The notes: generated by a model from the letters alone, not told the origin. 64,000 nt of DNA from Geosiphon pyriformis uo1 (GCA_016748015.1 JAAOMT010000135.1:571960-635959); one strand, 5' to 3'. Numbered from the stretch's first letter, positions 1-13,399 are shown. Numbers and translations are program-made.

Positions 1-577
1 CTAGTAATTCTGCTTTCTTTTGTTTACTTTGAAATAGTAGTCATTCAAATGTTAATGTTGCATGTAATGTGGACATGCCTGTTGATGAGATGTTGATGGT
101 GTTTTTGGGTGTATAGTAGTATAATGGGTTTGTTGGTGATTCAACTCTGGTTTTCTTCCAAGTGAGTGGTTGTATTTGTTTTAGTGTTACTGCTGGTGTT
201 TGCAATCTTCCTTTGCCTTTATCTGCGTAAGTAATAGGGAATTGTTGTTGTATGTATCTTTCAATGATTTGATTGATTTCCCTAATGATTTGTGTGAAAC
301 TGTAGTTTCTTGGTAAGCTGGTATGTTGAAATAATTCTGTATAAAAATTTTTCCTTGTAAATTCAATGTTAACTGTTCCTCTTAAGCAGTCTGTAATTTT
401 ATTGTTAATGTAGAAGTTAAAGACAGATTCTGCTGAGAAGTGGTTATTGTTTAGTCCTAATTGTTGGCTATACTGTTAGAATAAGGATTTAGTGAATCCT
501 AAATGGTTTGCTTCTATGTTTTCTGATTCTGCCACTTTTGGATAATTGCTGTTGGTGCTGGTTCTTTGTAGGATTAT

Positions 578-595
578 ACCTTACAGAAAGCACCA
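578..595 (-). other. Primer-binding site of family B element (TGGTGCTTTCTGTAAGGT)
   Basis: Starts with TGG (complement of tRNA CCA) 2 nt inside the LTR boundary. The cognate tRNA was not identified. Confidence 0.7.
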
Positions 596-597
596 AA

Positions 598-1422
598 TAT
601 TACAGGTGATTATTTGGGGTCTCAAATCAAATAACAAATCTGTAACTTGGTGCTTGGTTGGTATTCTGATATCTGAAGGTTTTGTTGTGGAGTCTTTTGT
701 ATAATGGACAGAGATTTAATTGATGGTTTTATCTGTAGCTTTCCAAAACTGCAGTTTTGTTAAATTTCTTTTTCAGTATGGTGGCCAATAATCCTCCTAA
801 TAAGCTATTCTCAAATCTATGAGTGTTCTACTCTTGTTTCATAGGTCTTTTACCAGTTCCTATGACATTTGTATTTCAGTGCTTAATTCTTAATCAATTT
901 AGTAAAACCCAAAGAAATAACAAAAAAAAATAAAAGAAAAAAATAGAAAAAGATAAAGAGATAGACAAAAGCAATTGCAAGTTAGTATTCCATTAATAGC
1001 CATGATCAAGAGCTATTGTTCCAGTATGGTTTAAATATCAATTACTATCAACATAAAGTGTTGATAGTGAAGAGTGGATTGAGATAGTAAATGATTATTT
1101 ATTTGATATTTGTGAATGGAAGGTTTCTAACTAATAAATTCTGTCTTTTCTACCTCTAGCACTACTGCTATATATACATAATTGAAATTTCTCAATTTTT
1201 CAATTCTTTATACCAGAAATCTTAGAATTTCTGGAATTCTGTAATTCCTCTTGAAAGGAATCCTGGAATTCTGAAATCCTGTGATTCCTTGTACAAGAAT
1301 TCTGAAATTCCTGGAATCCTGTAGTTTCTCTTGAAAAGAATCCTGGAATTCCACATTTACTATGGCTACTTCTGATTGGCTAATTTATATGCTAATATAC
1401 TCCCTATGTTCTATAAGTAACA
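598..1422 (-). repeat. 5' LTR of gypsy family B (~825 bp)
   Basis: Ends are TATTAC (decayed TGTTAC) at 598 and GTAACA at 1417-1422. The PBS is directly adjacent. Contains CCAAT (ATTGG ~1375), a tandem array and a TATA-like run (~1169-1177) in the expected minus-strand order. Confidence 0.75.
1214..1352. repeat. Tandem GGAAT(T)CCT-type subrepeat array in U3 of the family B LTR
   Basis: Units of ~9 nt, with a higher-order duplication (ctggaattctgtaattcctcttgaaaggaatcctggaattc at ~1231 and again at ~1310). Confidence 0.75.
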
Positions 1423-4400
1423 ATGCTCTTTAGCACAGAGAAATTATTACCACAAAGAATATCAAACACACTGCATGCCAACAAAATCTTATCAGAAAAT
1501 ATTTTAGAGAGAATCTTACAAGCAGTCTCAATCAAAGCTATCAGTTTAGTATTGGTTAGAACATCCTTTCATTCATAAGGCTTAGGAATTATTAACACCC
1601 AAGCTTCTTTTTAAATTTGGGATACAAATTCATGAACCAAACAGAGATTCAAGAAATCCAACAGCATATCAAGCACAGAACCATTGCAATGTTTCCAAAA
1701 TTCATTTATAATACCAGACAAACCAGCTGCTTTATTATTTGGCAGATTTTTGATCATGCATACCAAATCATCATAGCTAATAGCATTTATTACTTCAGAA
1801 AAAGCATTATTATTAACATAATCCAATGGCAGATATTGATACTACTACAAATCAGGAATATTATATAACACCACTCTTTTCCTTGTCCAACTTTCCATAA
1901 TTTTGTCAACATTATTCTTAACATCAACTGGATTCACAATTAAACTACTATCAGAAACCAGGTGGTCCAACACTATTTTCTGAAAAAGGTGTTTCAAAAT
2001 GCTATAGATCATAAGGCCTTTGTCGACTGTAAAACTCTCTATTTATTTCTCAATAACAGACCTAATGTTTGACTCCTTAGCACATAGGAACTTGGCCAGC
2101 TTGGATGCATAATAAGACTTTCTTATACCAAAGAGAGCAGAATATATATAATCAGAATCTGCACCAGAGCTCACAAGAACCTAAATGATAGATGTCTTGT
2201 CAGTATTCAAAAAGTCCCAATATTTCAAAAAGGAGACAAACCTGTCAGACATTACCTTATAAGAAGTCTTAGCCAACCTTGAAACCAAAACTTCTAGTTT
2301 GTAAAACCTAGATAATTTCTTGGTGAACACTTTATTATAGCCCTTAAACCATTTTTTTTTGAAAACACCATTGGCTGAAAGAAACATCACTTTGCAAACA
2401 GTGTTTTACATAGCATCTAGATCTAAAAACTTCTTAGATGTAACAAACTCATCAGAAAACATAGCAGTATTGGTCACTATAGCATTAGTAAACTCATCCC
2501 ATATCACCTTATTAGCACTTTTGATGTCAAACTTCTAACAATTTCTGTTCACCTGTTTTTGAAGAGAGTTTAACTGCATATCTAAAAGTCCACCCAAACC
2601 CACAGACACAGAGACAGCACAATGATCAATGTCAAAGTGCTTACTAACATTCAGTACATTACAGTATAGAATTGTATTAACCAAATTCAAAGAAATAAAA
2701 ACATAATCAATTGTCTTAGTAAACCTTCTGGAGTTTTTTCACATAGGCATTTTGGCCACTAAGCTTCCAATTAAGAAATTAACTAGTTCCAAACTAAAGC
2801 ACTTTTTAAAACTTGCACATTTGTGAGAACCGTTTTCATTAAAATTGCCTTTAAGAATGAGAAAAAAAGACTTATTTGTAGCTTTGACAATAAAAGAGTT
2901 GATATTACCAGCTTGAGAGAATCAAACTGTAGAAAAAACACCAACATAAAGTCCCAGAATCAAAACAAAGATTTATTTTTGAAGAGTAACTTGATAGAAA
3001 GGAGCCAATTAGGTACCTCAAAAACCTTATACACATATTTTGTCAAAGAATTGTTCATAACCACAACAACACCCAAACCCAAGTAGTCAAAGTTCAAACC
3101 CAAAGTAAACACTTGGACATCACTAAATTTGTTAACAATCTATGAACAGATCTTTTCTTTCAGCTTTGTTTTTGTAAAAATTGAAACCAGATTGTTTATG
3201 TTTTTATGCCAATACATAATATCTTCTTGTTTAGCTGGATTGTTTATACCTTTAACATTACATATGGCAATCTTTCAAACTAAACTGGTTATTGAGAAGG
3301 AAGTTTGAAAAATGCACCACCAGTTAGGATTGAGCCATTAACTTTCACTGTTAAACTTAGAACCAAAGCAAAAAGTCCTTTCAGCATGTTTTCTAGTCTC
3401 TTTATTTTAAGAGAGACAAAATAATCCAAATTCACAACAGTTTTACCACCTGTGGTTCCACCCAAACTCTCTTTCATCACTACATTACCTACTTGATTCT
3501 GTAATAGGGGAATCATTAGCAGTTAACATTTAGAGCTAGGCTGAAAAACTGCCAGTACAAGTGAATCCAACCTTTTAGCCAACTTACTAATTTGTTCCAT
3601 GAGGCTGACAAGACTACTCTCTAAAACATTAAACCTTTTTTCAATGTCTTTAGCATCAGGAAGAATAGGTTTTATCTCCAAAGAGGAGCCAGAATTGACT
3701 GAACCATTTTGCACAAGAAAAGAAGAAAACAAAAATTCACCAGTTATTTTTGCCCAAAAAACACCACCAAAAGTGACAGGACAAGTAACAGGAGCCGAAT
3801 GTTTGGCATAGATAGTAGCCAGTCTACTTTTATTCACATCTAAAAGTGCTCTATAAGAAGATTTTTCAGAAGAGAAATTCTCACCCACAAAACAGTTCAA
3901 TAAAATATAATTCATATTTTCACACTTAACATATCTAGAAACACCCAAACAAGACCAATGCAGATTCACATCCCTCAAAACGTCTATAGTGGCATCTAAA
4001 AATTGAGCTAATTCAAAATAAACAACAGCACATCTGGTTCAAGTATATGTAACAGGATAACAATTGATCACACATGTTTTTTCACTCATTGAACCAATAA
4101 AATCCCAAATGTTGTAAGCATTTGTTCTTATTGGTAAAGTATAAAGCAATGTCTTATGATAATCTTTTATGTTTCATGTTTTTTTGTCCAGATCTGATCT
4201 GGCCACACACACTGCATCTTTCCCAATTAGGATAAACCATCTGGCTGCAACCAAATCAGCCTGGTTTAATTGGTCAAACTTAACCACAGTCTTTTGCCAT
4301 AATTTCACCAATTGTATTTTAATTGACTTAATCATACCAAATTCAGAAAACACAGTGTACATAGTCTTAGCTAATGTTCCAACTGGAATTTTTTTTACCA

Positions 4401-5211
4401 CCACAGTCTGATCTAAATGACTAGTTGATTTCTTGAGATTAGTGTTTACCAAAATATTTGCTGCTTTTGCCTTTTTTGTAGTCTGTACCAAACTAGATTC
4501 AGAAGTAAAAAAAACATGGATGATCTCTGAGAATTTTGAGGAAGTAAAAGCCTTTCCAAAACCATTAACTTTTGAGAACAATTTTCTGATTACCACCAGC
4601 TTTTCCTGAGAAGATTTTCCAGCCATCTTATCCAGCTTAATATTCATAACAAAAGATTTTCAAACAAAAACATTGGCTAAATTCTTCAAAGGAAGAAAAA
4701 AATGTTGTCATCATCAACATCATCCAAAAAGTTGATTTTTCTTAATGACATACTCAGAACTTTCTTGGTTATCAATCTCAGACCCTTTGGTATTTGGTTA
4801 GAATTACCTTTTATAAATACATTCTTCTTACCATAATCCATACTAGTTTCTTCTATTAAACACTCTTCTTTCATATTAATACTATTAGAATTAATGATAT
4901 CATTAGCTTCAGAATCCCAAAAACTATCAACAGTTTTTTTAGACAAGACCAGTTCACTAGTAGCATTATCTTTCAAAACACCACCTTTTCTCTTTTTTCT
5001 AAAAGCAATATCCTTTTCAACATTCTTTTCACTAATAACAGGACCAAAGTCTTTAACAGATTTCTTTATCACAACAATACTATAGCCAACAGTGATTTCA
5101 TAATCAAGCAAAAAAGGTTTGGATTTATTGTATTGAATTGTAAAAAACTTTTTTTAGAAAAAAACTTTTGACTCTTTTTTTGGGAATTTTGGATGAAGGA
5201 AAGAAAGAAGT
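1423..5211 (-). mobile_element. LINE copy 1: 5' end, ORF1, APE and N-terminal RT; inactivated and cut off by the family B LTR element
   Basis: ORF fragments 4686-5111, 4174-4647, 3523-3978 and 3289-3516 match ORF1 of the other copies. 2181-2390 and 1611-1826 (KAAGLSGI..EFWKHC) match ORF2. The shared 5' motif ACTTCTTTCT... ends at ~5211. Confidence 0.88.
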
Positions 5212-5940
5212 TTTTTTATATTGGTTTAGTTTTTTAATTAAGAACACAATTTATTTTTTAAAAAAAATTTTTAAAAAAGATATTTGTTTTGATAAAAAAA
5301 TAAATAAAAATGATTTTATAATTATTTTATAATTATTATTATTATTTTATTAATATTTTATGAGTGATTATAATTTTTTTATTATTATTATTTAAAATAT
5401 TAAAAAAAATTATTATATTTTTAATTAAGTTTGTTTTAAATATTTTTAATTTAAAACTGTTTTAATATTTTTTATTTTTATATTTAATATTGGTTTAATT
5501 TAATTTATTTTTATTTATAAAATTATATTTATTATCAAATACTATTAACTTATTTAAAACTATATTATTATTATTAAAATTTTTAATTTTTATTAAGTTT
5601 TTTATTTAATAATTTTAATTTTTTTATTAAACATATTTAAACCAAAGCTGTAAATAGTTATTATTTCTAAACAAAAAAATTAGAAAGTAAAATATATAAA
5701 CAAGTAAAAACAAAAACTTTTTTAAAAAACCTTTTTTTTTGGGTTTTTTGGAATAAATAAAAGAAAAAGTTCTTTTGAATTATTTTAATTGAATTTTTAA
5801 AATTATAAAATTAACTAAAATAATATGTTTTGTTGTTTTAATTTATACATAATTTACTTGCTATTTTATGAATTTATTTGTAGTTATTTTGATATTTAAA
5901 ACAATAAAATATTTTATGTAATATTATACAAATTATTAAA
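5212..5940. repeat. Extremely AT-rich decayed repeat DNA, including a relic LINE 5' end at ~5710-5775 (-)
   Basis: 5710-5775 resembles the LINE 5' motif at 5150-5211 and 50210-50267. The rest is nearly G/C-free. Confidence 0.5.
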
Positions 5941-5975
5941 TTATATTTATATATGTATATTAAAATAGAAAATTC

Positions 5976-5985
5976 CGATTGGTTG
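5976..5985 (-). promoter_or_regulatory. Possible CCAAT box at the upstream edge of the RNA14 island
   Basis: CCGATTGGTT lies ~340 nt upstream of the ATG, where AT-saturated repeat DNA gives way to CpG-containing sequence. Motif match only. Confidence 0.3.
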
Positions 5986-6321
5986 TTTAAGACTGAGTAG
6001 ACTGCAAATATAAAAATACATAATGGCTCATTATCTTGAAGCCCCCTATTTCTTTTCTCTTGTTCCCAAAAAAAAACTCACAACTAAACCGACTCTTAAG
6101 TCTTTACAACTTCATTTTCTTTGTCGTCTTAAGCTATTTAACACAGCGATCGAAGACTTCAAACGAGTCATTATTGTTTTTAATTAGTACTTGTCATAGT
6201 TAAGCAGATATTTCGCCGCGCAAAAGTAGTATTCTTGTTGTACACCTTTCGCCTGTTAATCATAAATCTGAAAATAAACCACATTTCACTGTAAAAGATT
6301 GTTTTAAAATTGTGGGATCAA

Positions 6322-9300
6322 ATGGATCACTCACCAAACATTGCAATCACAAAAGAGGGGTCTGTCCCCATTGGTGGTGTAGGTGCTTGGTACCGAAACA
6401 CCCATGAATCTCCCATCCCGAACAATTCCCACGCTTTACCTAGTAGGGAAGCGTCTGAAATTGTTGGCGATGCTAAATCTTATTATAATAATGGTAGCAA
6501 TAACCAATCAAAGATGGACGCAAAGCAAGAATCAACCGCCTATTCATCTAAATATAAATTTTCAAATATTCCCTCTGTTACTAGCAACATATCAACAGAA
6601 ATTTCAGGAAATTTATTGAACGAAAGATTGGTTCAAAATAGTAATAAGAGTGATATGGTGAATAGTGATCATCAAGGAGCAGGATCATTATTCACTACAG
6701 CTACAGCAAATTCTAACATTGCTCAAGCATCAAATCTCCCTAATGGTTCTTCATCATTTGAAAGTCAATCGCTCGCTTCAGAAGGAGGATCTACCCAACA
6801 CTCGATAGGGAATGACCTTCAAAAATCATCATCACAATCTTCCGGCGCTGCCGAACCTGCTTTATCATGGCAGATACCACCTAGTGCTTTAACTCCCAAG
6901 AAAGTCAAGCATGAGAAAGTTGAAAAGATGGAACAGCGTATATCGGAAAATGAATTTGACGTCGAAGCTTGGATTAATTTGCTGAATGAGTTGCAGACAA
7001 AGGCTGAAGTAGAAAAGGTCCGAGAAACCTTTGAACGATTCCTAAAGCTCTTCCCGTCAGCGGTAAGTCACGAAGCTATAACAATCATAAGAGCTTTTTC
7101 TTAATAAAACAAACAAATGATGAAAGAATTAATTAGTTGGATTTTCGATACGATTCTATAATGAATTTTCTTCGAGAAACGCTTCAATGAGAAAATAAGC
7201 CTTTTGGCTGAAATTGTTCGATTTATTGTTTTAGGATGAGAATGCAAAATGGGAAATTTGAAGAATTATGGAAAAATCTGTTATTCTTATGATGTGCCAT
7301 CTTAATGATCGAGGAGTTGTCTTTAAATGCTTCTCCTTTGTTTAGTATTGATCTTTGATGCTATTATTTTCGTTCTGCAATCATTTTTAGTCACGACAAT
7401 GGATTCAATATGCCGAATTCGAGCTCAAGCATAATAATTACGAACAAGTAGAAGAGATTTTTAAGCGTTGTTTACGCCCTGTACTCTCGGTTGATTTATG
7501 GAAATATTATCTGAATTATGTTCGTCGCAAGAACGTTGGTGAAAAGACAACCGCTCCAATTGCATCTTTTGCTAGGAAAACAATCGAACAAGCGTATGAA
7601 TTTGTTCTTAATCACATTGGAATCGATATGGTCTCTGGAAGTCTTTGGGGGGATTACCTTTTCTTTCTGAAAACTCTTGAAGCGACTAGCTTATGGGAAG
7701 AACAACAGAAGATGGACCAGATGAGAAAGGCATTCAAAACAGCAATATGCATACCAATACACAATGTCGAGCATATTTGGAAAGAATACGACATCTTTGA
7801 AAACGGGCTGAACAAAGTCACCGTATGTTTTAAGGCGATGATTGTATTAAATTCTCGCTAATTTAATGTTTCTTTGTATCTTACATAATATATTATCTTG
7901 TTGATTTTATCAAAGGCTAAAAAGTTTCTACAAGAGCGATCTGCATCTTATATGACTGCGCGTACCGCTCTAAGAGAACTTAGGGGCTTTATGGAAGAAA
8001 TAAATAGAAATGTTATCCCTGTACCACCAAAATGGGAAAGAGCTGAACTGCAGCAGGTGGATTTTATTAGCAGATTAGGTTATTTTTAATATCGTAATAT
8101 CAATTATCTAAAACATCCTTTATTTGTAGTTGGATGCTTGGAAACGATGGATAGCCTGGGAAAAAACCAATCCTTTAGCTTTCGAAGACAGAACACAATT
8201 AGCCCAAAGAGTAATATATGCGTACAAACAAGCTATGATGTACATGCGTCATTATCCAGAGATTTGGTAATTTATACTATTCAACCATTGAATTAATCCA
8301 TTTTATAATTGATAAAAGATAAGTTTCAATAAAACAATATGCCCATGAATAATTATTAGGTTTGAGGCTTCTAATTACTGGGTAGAGCTCGGAAAGGAAG
8401 AAGATGCAGCAAACTTGTTAAAGAGTGCAATGGAATGTCTACCCACCAGGTTTGGTTCTTTTTGTTAATTTCAAATTTTTATTCATAAATTTTTCTTTAA
8501 GATAAATTCCATTATTCCATATCCCACCAGTTTCCTAGTACACTTCGCTTATGCGGAGCTTCAAGAGCACCGCAAGCTCTACCCACAAGCACGCGAGTCA
8601 CTTGAAACATTGATCAAAAATCTCACAGGGCAAATCCAATGCATTGAGCAATCCGCTAAAGATGAAATCGAATTATTAATGAGACAATCGGTTGAGAGTT
8701 CACCCGAAGAAAGTGGAGGCCAAATACCAATCCAACTGGATGGTGAAATGCGTGAGCAATTAAGAATCAGGGAAAAAGAAAGAGAAAAGGATCGCGGAAG
8801 AATTGAAGAGAGAAAGCAGCGTCAAGTTGAAGAAATTGCTTGTGGTTGCTCGATGGTGTGGATTATGTTGATGCGTTATGCAAGACGTGAAGAGGTAGGG
8901 TTGTTAACCTTGCATTTTGACTTAAGTTCTTTATAACTACCAATATTCAATCCCCCTGTTTTTTCAGGGGGTGGAAGTTGCACGAAATATATTTACTAAA
9001 GCCCGGAAGTTCCCTTATTTGACCTACCATGTGTTCGTCTCAGCAGGTAAAAATTATAAACTTTAAAATGTTTTATCATTGGATTTAAGATTTATCTCTG
9101 AATTAAACCAAAATTTTAATAGCTTTGATGGAGTACTATTTTACCAAAGATCCCAAAATTGCAGGCAAAATTTTTGATTTGGGTCACAAAACATTCGGGG
9201 ACAATTCTGAATATGTGATTCAATATCTCGATTTTTTGATAGGGCTGAATGACAACCAAAGTGAGTTGATTCTTTAAAATATTATACTATGTAAACCCAT

Positions 9301-11096
9301 CTTTGAACTAATTCAAAAAATTTTCATAGATGCTTTAGCTGTGTTTCAAAAAACATTAAAGGGAATGCCACCTGAAAAAGCGAAAATTATTTGGGACAAG
9401 TATTCACATTACTTGAGCCATTTTGCCGACCTTGAAACGTTACGAAAGCTTGATGAGAAAAGAGCTAAGAAATATCCCGATGGTATTTCTTATTTTCATT
9501 TGCATTACTAAACTTAAAACAAAAGAACACTACATTAATAATTTACCCAATTTCAATTAGAAACTCCATTGGGACGATTTGCGCAGCGCTGTAGTTATTT
9601 AAATATAAATATTATTTCTCAAAGAGAGATTGGTGCAAAACGTAAGTTATTAATGAAACTAATTCATTAAGCATGTACGACGATAGTTTATCAGGTTCCA
9701 ATCTAATGTATAAATTTTTATCCATTTATCTGAATTTTTAGCAGGACCACCTGATAGATCTGTCTCACCACCTGAAGCAAATCGTCCAACTAAGGCTCAT
9801 GAAGAAGAGCAAGATTTTCATGCAGCCAAACGTGCGTTGTTGAATTCTGTTCAGCCAGAAAAGTATCCTCGTCCTGATTTTCGTCAATGGGTTCAATATA
9901 AACCGACCCCGGAGCAATTACGTCGACCAACTTTCCCACCTGTTAATCCTGGACAAGGTTCAATTCCACCTGTTGAAATCGTCACTCAGCCTCTAGGCTT
10001 TCAACCTACTTTAAGTATCCAAACTACTACAACAAAACGTCCAAGTCCTCCCCCATCTGTACCATCTCCTCCTTCCCAAGGCCCACCTCAAGCTGGCCCT
10101 GTGATATGGAAAAGAGGTCTAAATGGGATGTTGTTACCCGATGCTGTCGCTAATTTCCTAGCAGCATTACCCCCCGTGGCATCTTTTCCAGGTATATAGT
10201 AAATTACTATATGATATTTTGTTACAATTCTTCTAATAAAATTTATTTTTATTTTTTCGTAGCTAACGTTGTCCCTTTAAATCCCGTGGATCTTATTGAG
10301 ATACTGCGCACGTCAAATATCCCACCTCCTCCAACTATGATACCTAACGGAGGTATGCTATCTATGCAACCATTACCCCAACATTCTCTTCAGCCACCAC
10401 AAGGGCCACAATCCCGAGAAAACCTATCCAGAGCTGGCAGCCCTGGCAGGGGTGGTCCTGATGGGCGAGTTGGGTTTAACGGCTTAGAAGTTAGGTATGG
10501 TGATGGGCCTAGCCGTGGTTATGATCGTGGGCATGACAATTCTCGAGGTGCATATAGCGGAAACAATTCTGGCCCAGGAGTTGGCCGGGCTCGGCAAGGA
10601 GAATTTTTTGGCAAGCAGAACAGAGTATGTTTACAACGGCTAGAAAGGAAACGTGAATATGGTTAATGGTCCATAATAATCAAAATGACTGGATATTAAT
10701 TTATTTACGAAATTTTCTTTTTAGGGTCCACAACCAACTGCTGGGCGAGGAAGAGCTCACGGTAATAATATTAACAATAATCATAACATAGGTGGAGACC
10801 ACGGATCTCCTTCACATTTTTCAATGGGAAACCCTCACGCTGGAAAGCGACGGCGAAGAGACTTTGACGGAGATGGAGAAGATTTTCAAGGAAAAAGTAA
10901 GTTCAATTGTTGATTCAAGTTTTCTTTTAATTGACATTTGTAAGAAATTTATCTCGATATTTTTATAGGTGGTCCAGGAATTAATCGCGCACCAGATTAC
11001 GATCTCTTTCGTGTAAGACAACAAAAACGTGCTCGTGATGGAGTAATGTACGGCGGTGGTATTGGTCCAGCTGGCGGCGGTGGTGAGAAAAACTAG
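6322..11096 (+). CDS. RNA14: mRNA 3'-end processing factor Rna14 / CstF-77 (HAT-repeat, Suf family), 14 exons, 1155 aa. Exons: 6322-7062, 7391-7822, 7916-8056, 8130-8266, 8360-8449, 8531-8894, 8968-9046, 9123-9260, 9330-9482, 9561-9641, 9742-10191, 10263-10624, 10725-10896, 10969-11096
   Basis: All 13 introns are GT..AG and the phases are consistent (3468 nt, open to TAG 11094-11096). Peptides typical of CstF-77/Rna14: FDVEAWINLL..FERFLKLFPSA|SRQWIQYAEFE, IFKRCLRPVLSVDLWKYYLNYVRR, RVIYAYKQAMMYMRHYPEIW, ARNIFTKARK, LPDAVANFLAALPP, YDLFRVRQQKR. Confidence 0.95.
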
Positions 11097-11519
11097 ACTA
11101 ATGAACGATCAAAAATGTAATTAACTACCCAGTGAAACTCTTAACTGGACTTAATAGTGTTTATATAAATAGAATATTTTATAACAGATAATGTATATAG
11201 CGCTTGATTTGAAACTTTGAATCTGATACTTTACGTCGATGTAATTACTTGTGACTATTATCTTTGACACCCAATTTTATTGGCAAATTTTTCAAATCCA
11301 TTTGCAGTTTATTCAATTTGTTATTCTTGAAAAATTATTATTCCATACAAACAATAAAAAATATGAAATAACTTCATCATTACAATGTTTAATCATGAAC
11401 ATCAATATATTGAAGTTGCATACAAATAATAAAAAGCCAATTGCATTAAAATATATCATGCACACAAAACATTGAAAAAATGAAATTTATGAACATTAAT
11501 GGTTTAGATTTTGCATAAA

Positions 11520-13390
11520 AATTTGATTAATTGTAATAAAACATATGTATATTTTTGAGTGATTTTTTATTTATAATATTTTAAAATTGTAAAATCACAA
11601 AATTATTAGCTTCAATTCAATTATTTGTATTAAGTTAATTTAAATTAGTTTATTTTTTTATTAATGTAAAAATTTTAATAATATATTCAAAAAGTTTATT
11701 TGTTTTTACTTTAATATTTAATATTATTTATATTATAATTGTAATTTTATATATGTTTATAATTCTTAAATCATATAAATAAAAAGAAATTTTAATGAAT
11801 ACTAAGTTAAAAAAATCTTAAAATTTTTTTTAATTGAATTTTTTTGTTTATAATAGATTTAATGTTTTTTATAAAGATAATTTTTCAGTTTTAAAAAAAT
11901 TTTCAACTTCTTATTTTTGTAGTAAAATTAATAATAAAAAATGTTTTAAAGAATTAAAAATTATAATTAATTTAAAAAATATACAAAAAATTATAATTTT
12001 GTTAAATAATATTATTTAAGAAATAGTTTAATTAAATTTAAGATATATAAACATTTTATTAGATTTTTTGATCATATTTACAATAATAAAATAAACATAA
12101 TTATGATAAATTTTAGTTTAATAAATAATTATAAAATACATAACAACTTGAATTAAAAAAAAATTTCTTTACTGTTTTAAAAAAATTTTTATAATTTTTT
12201 TTGTATAAATTAAGAAAAATAAAAATTTGTATAAATACAAAATAAATATTAAATTTATTATTAGAATTAGTAAACTTAAAATTAAGACTAATTTAATTTT
12301 TTATTTAATTATTAATATATTTATTAATAATATAATTTAAATTAAAATAGTCAAATATTTATTTAATATATTTTGAATATTATTAACAAATTTTTTAAGA
12401 CCAACAATATTTTAATTAATAATAATAAAATTATAATTGTTTTTATTAATTAATAAATTAAAAAAGTATTTTTATTATTAAAAAAAATTACACAAATATT
12501 TTGAAATTTTTTTGTTAATTAAAAGCTTATTTAAGTATAATTTAAAAAATATATATTTAAATATAAATTTTTTTGCTAATTTGGTTTTAAAAAACACTAT
12601 TTTAAACAAACAACTTATTTATTTAATTTTAATAATTTTATAGTTTATAATTAATTATAAAATTTAATTTAATTTTGTATTAAAAATATATATAAAAAAT
12701 AAAATATGTTTATTAATAAAAGTTTATTTATATTATTTTTATTGTATTATTAGTGTTTATTTAAATTTAATTGTTTTAAAATAGTTAAAATCAGTTTAAA
12801 AAAAACTTTTTAAATAAAATTTTTGGTTTTTATAAATAGATATATTAAGAATTTAAGCTTATTAAATATTATTAATAAGATATTAACTTATTTTTCGAAT
12901 TTAAGTTTAAGCAATAATATAAATATTTATAATTTAATGTTGTTAATTTTGGTTAAATTATATGTAATTGCTTTGACATTAAATATATTCTGGTTTTTAG
13001 TATTATAATTATTAATTTAAACAATTAAGTATTTATAAATATATATATATATTTCATTTAATTTTGATTTTTGCAATTATTATTAAATAAAAAAATAATA
13101 TGTTTATAAAATTATTTATAATAAAAGTTAAATATTAGATAAATTAAATATATAAATTTAAAAAAAATCTATAGTTAAATTTACCAATTTTTTGGTTTTA
13201 ATATTATTTTTTAAATAATTTTTTTAATAATTATTATTGAAAATAAGACTTTTACTACCATTTTTTTATTTGATATTAATAAAGCTATTTTTAACCAATA
13301 TAAGCTAATTAATATAATATATACTAATATTAAAGTTAATTAATAAAATATTAAACTAATTTTTAATAATAAATTTATAACTTTTTTTTG
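11520..13390. repeat. AT-saturated retroelement relics, including a hyper-decayed LINE RNase H segment (~12800-13010, +)
   Basis: ORF 12823-13008 (VFINRYIKNL...YFSNLSL...LILVKLYVIALTL) aligns without gaps to the LINE RNase H VYTDGSVKNF...YFSDLSL...STLAEMQAIALAL. Confidence 0.6.
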
Positions 13391-13399
13391 TTAATTCCC

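Larger units (their letters stand above)
1..1422 (-). mobile_element. Ty3/gypsy-type LTR retrotransposon, family B: 5' LTR, PBS and start of a degenerate gag; runs off the left edge; inserted into the RT region of a LINE
   Basis: Minus strand: LTR (1422-598), then TTTGGTGCTTTCTG PBS, then a stop-interrupted frame (VAESENIEANHLGFTKSLF...AESVFNFYINNKITDCLRGTVNIE...). The LINE RT sequence (GNNFSVLK) abuts the LTR end at 1423. Confidence 0.7.

Noticed and set aside
6383-6619. 78-aa ORF overlapping RNA14 exon 1, and the TTG start at 6310
   Set aside because: Alternative frame without an ATG start or recognisable product. ATG 6322 is the plausible start of the real gene.
9739-9744. TAGCAG tandem (NAGNAG) acceptor in RNA14 intron 10
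   Set aside because: A real motif, but it would change only one residue in a low-complexity linker, and there is no evidence of use.
11251-12019. Short I/K/N/F-rich ORFs (11251-11475, 11834-12019)
   Set aside because: Compositional artefacts of AT-rich 3' flank and decayed repeat DNA.
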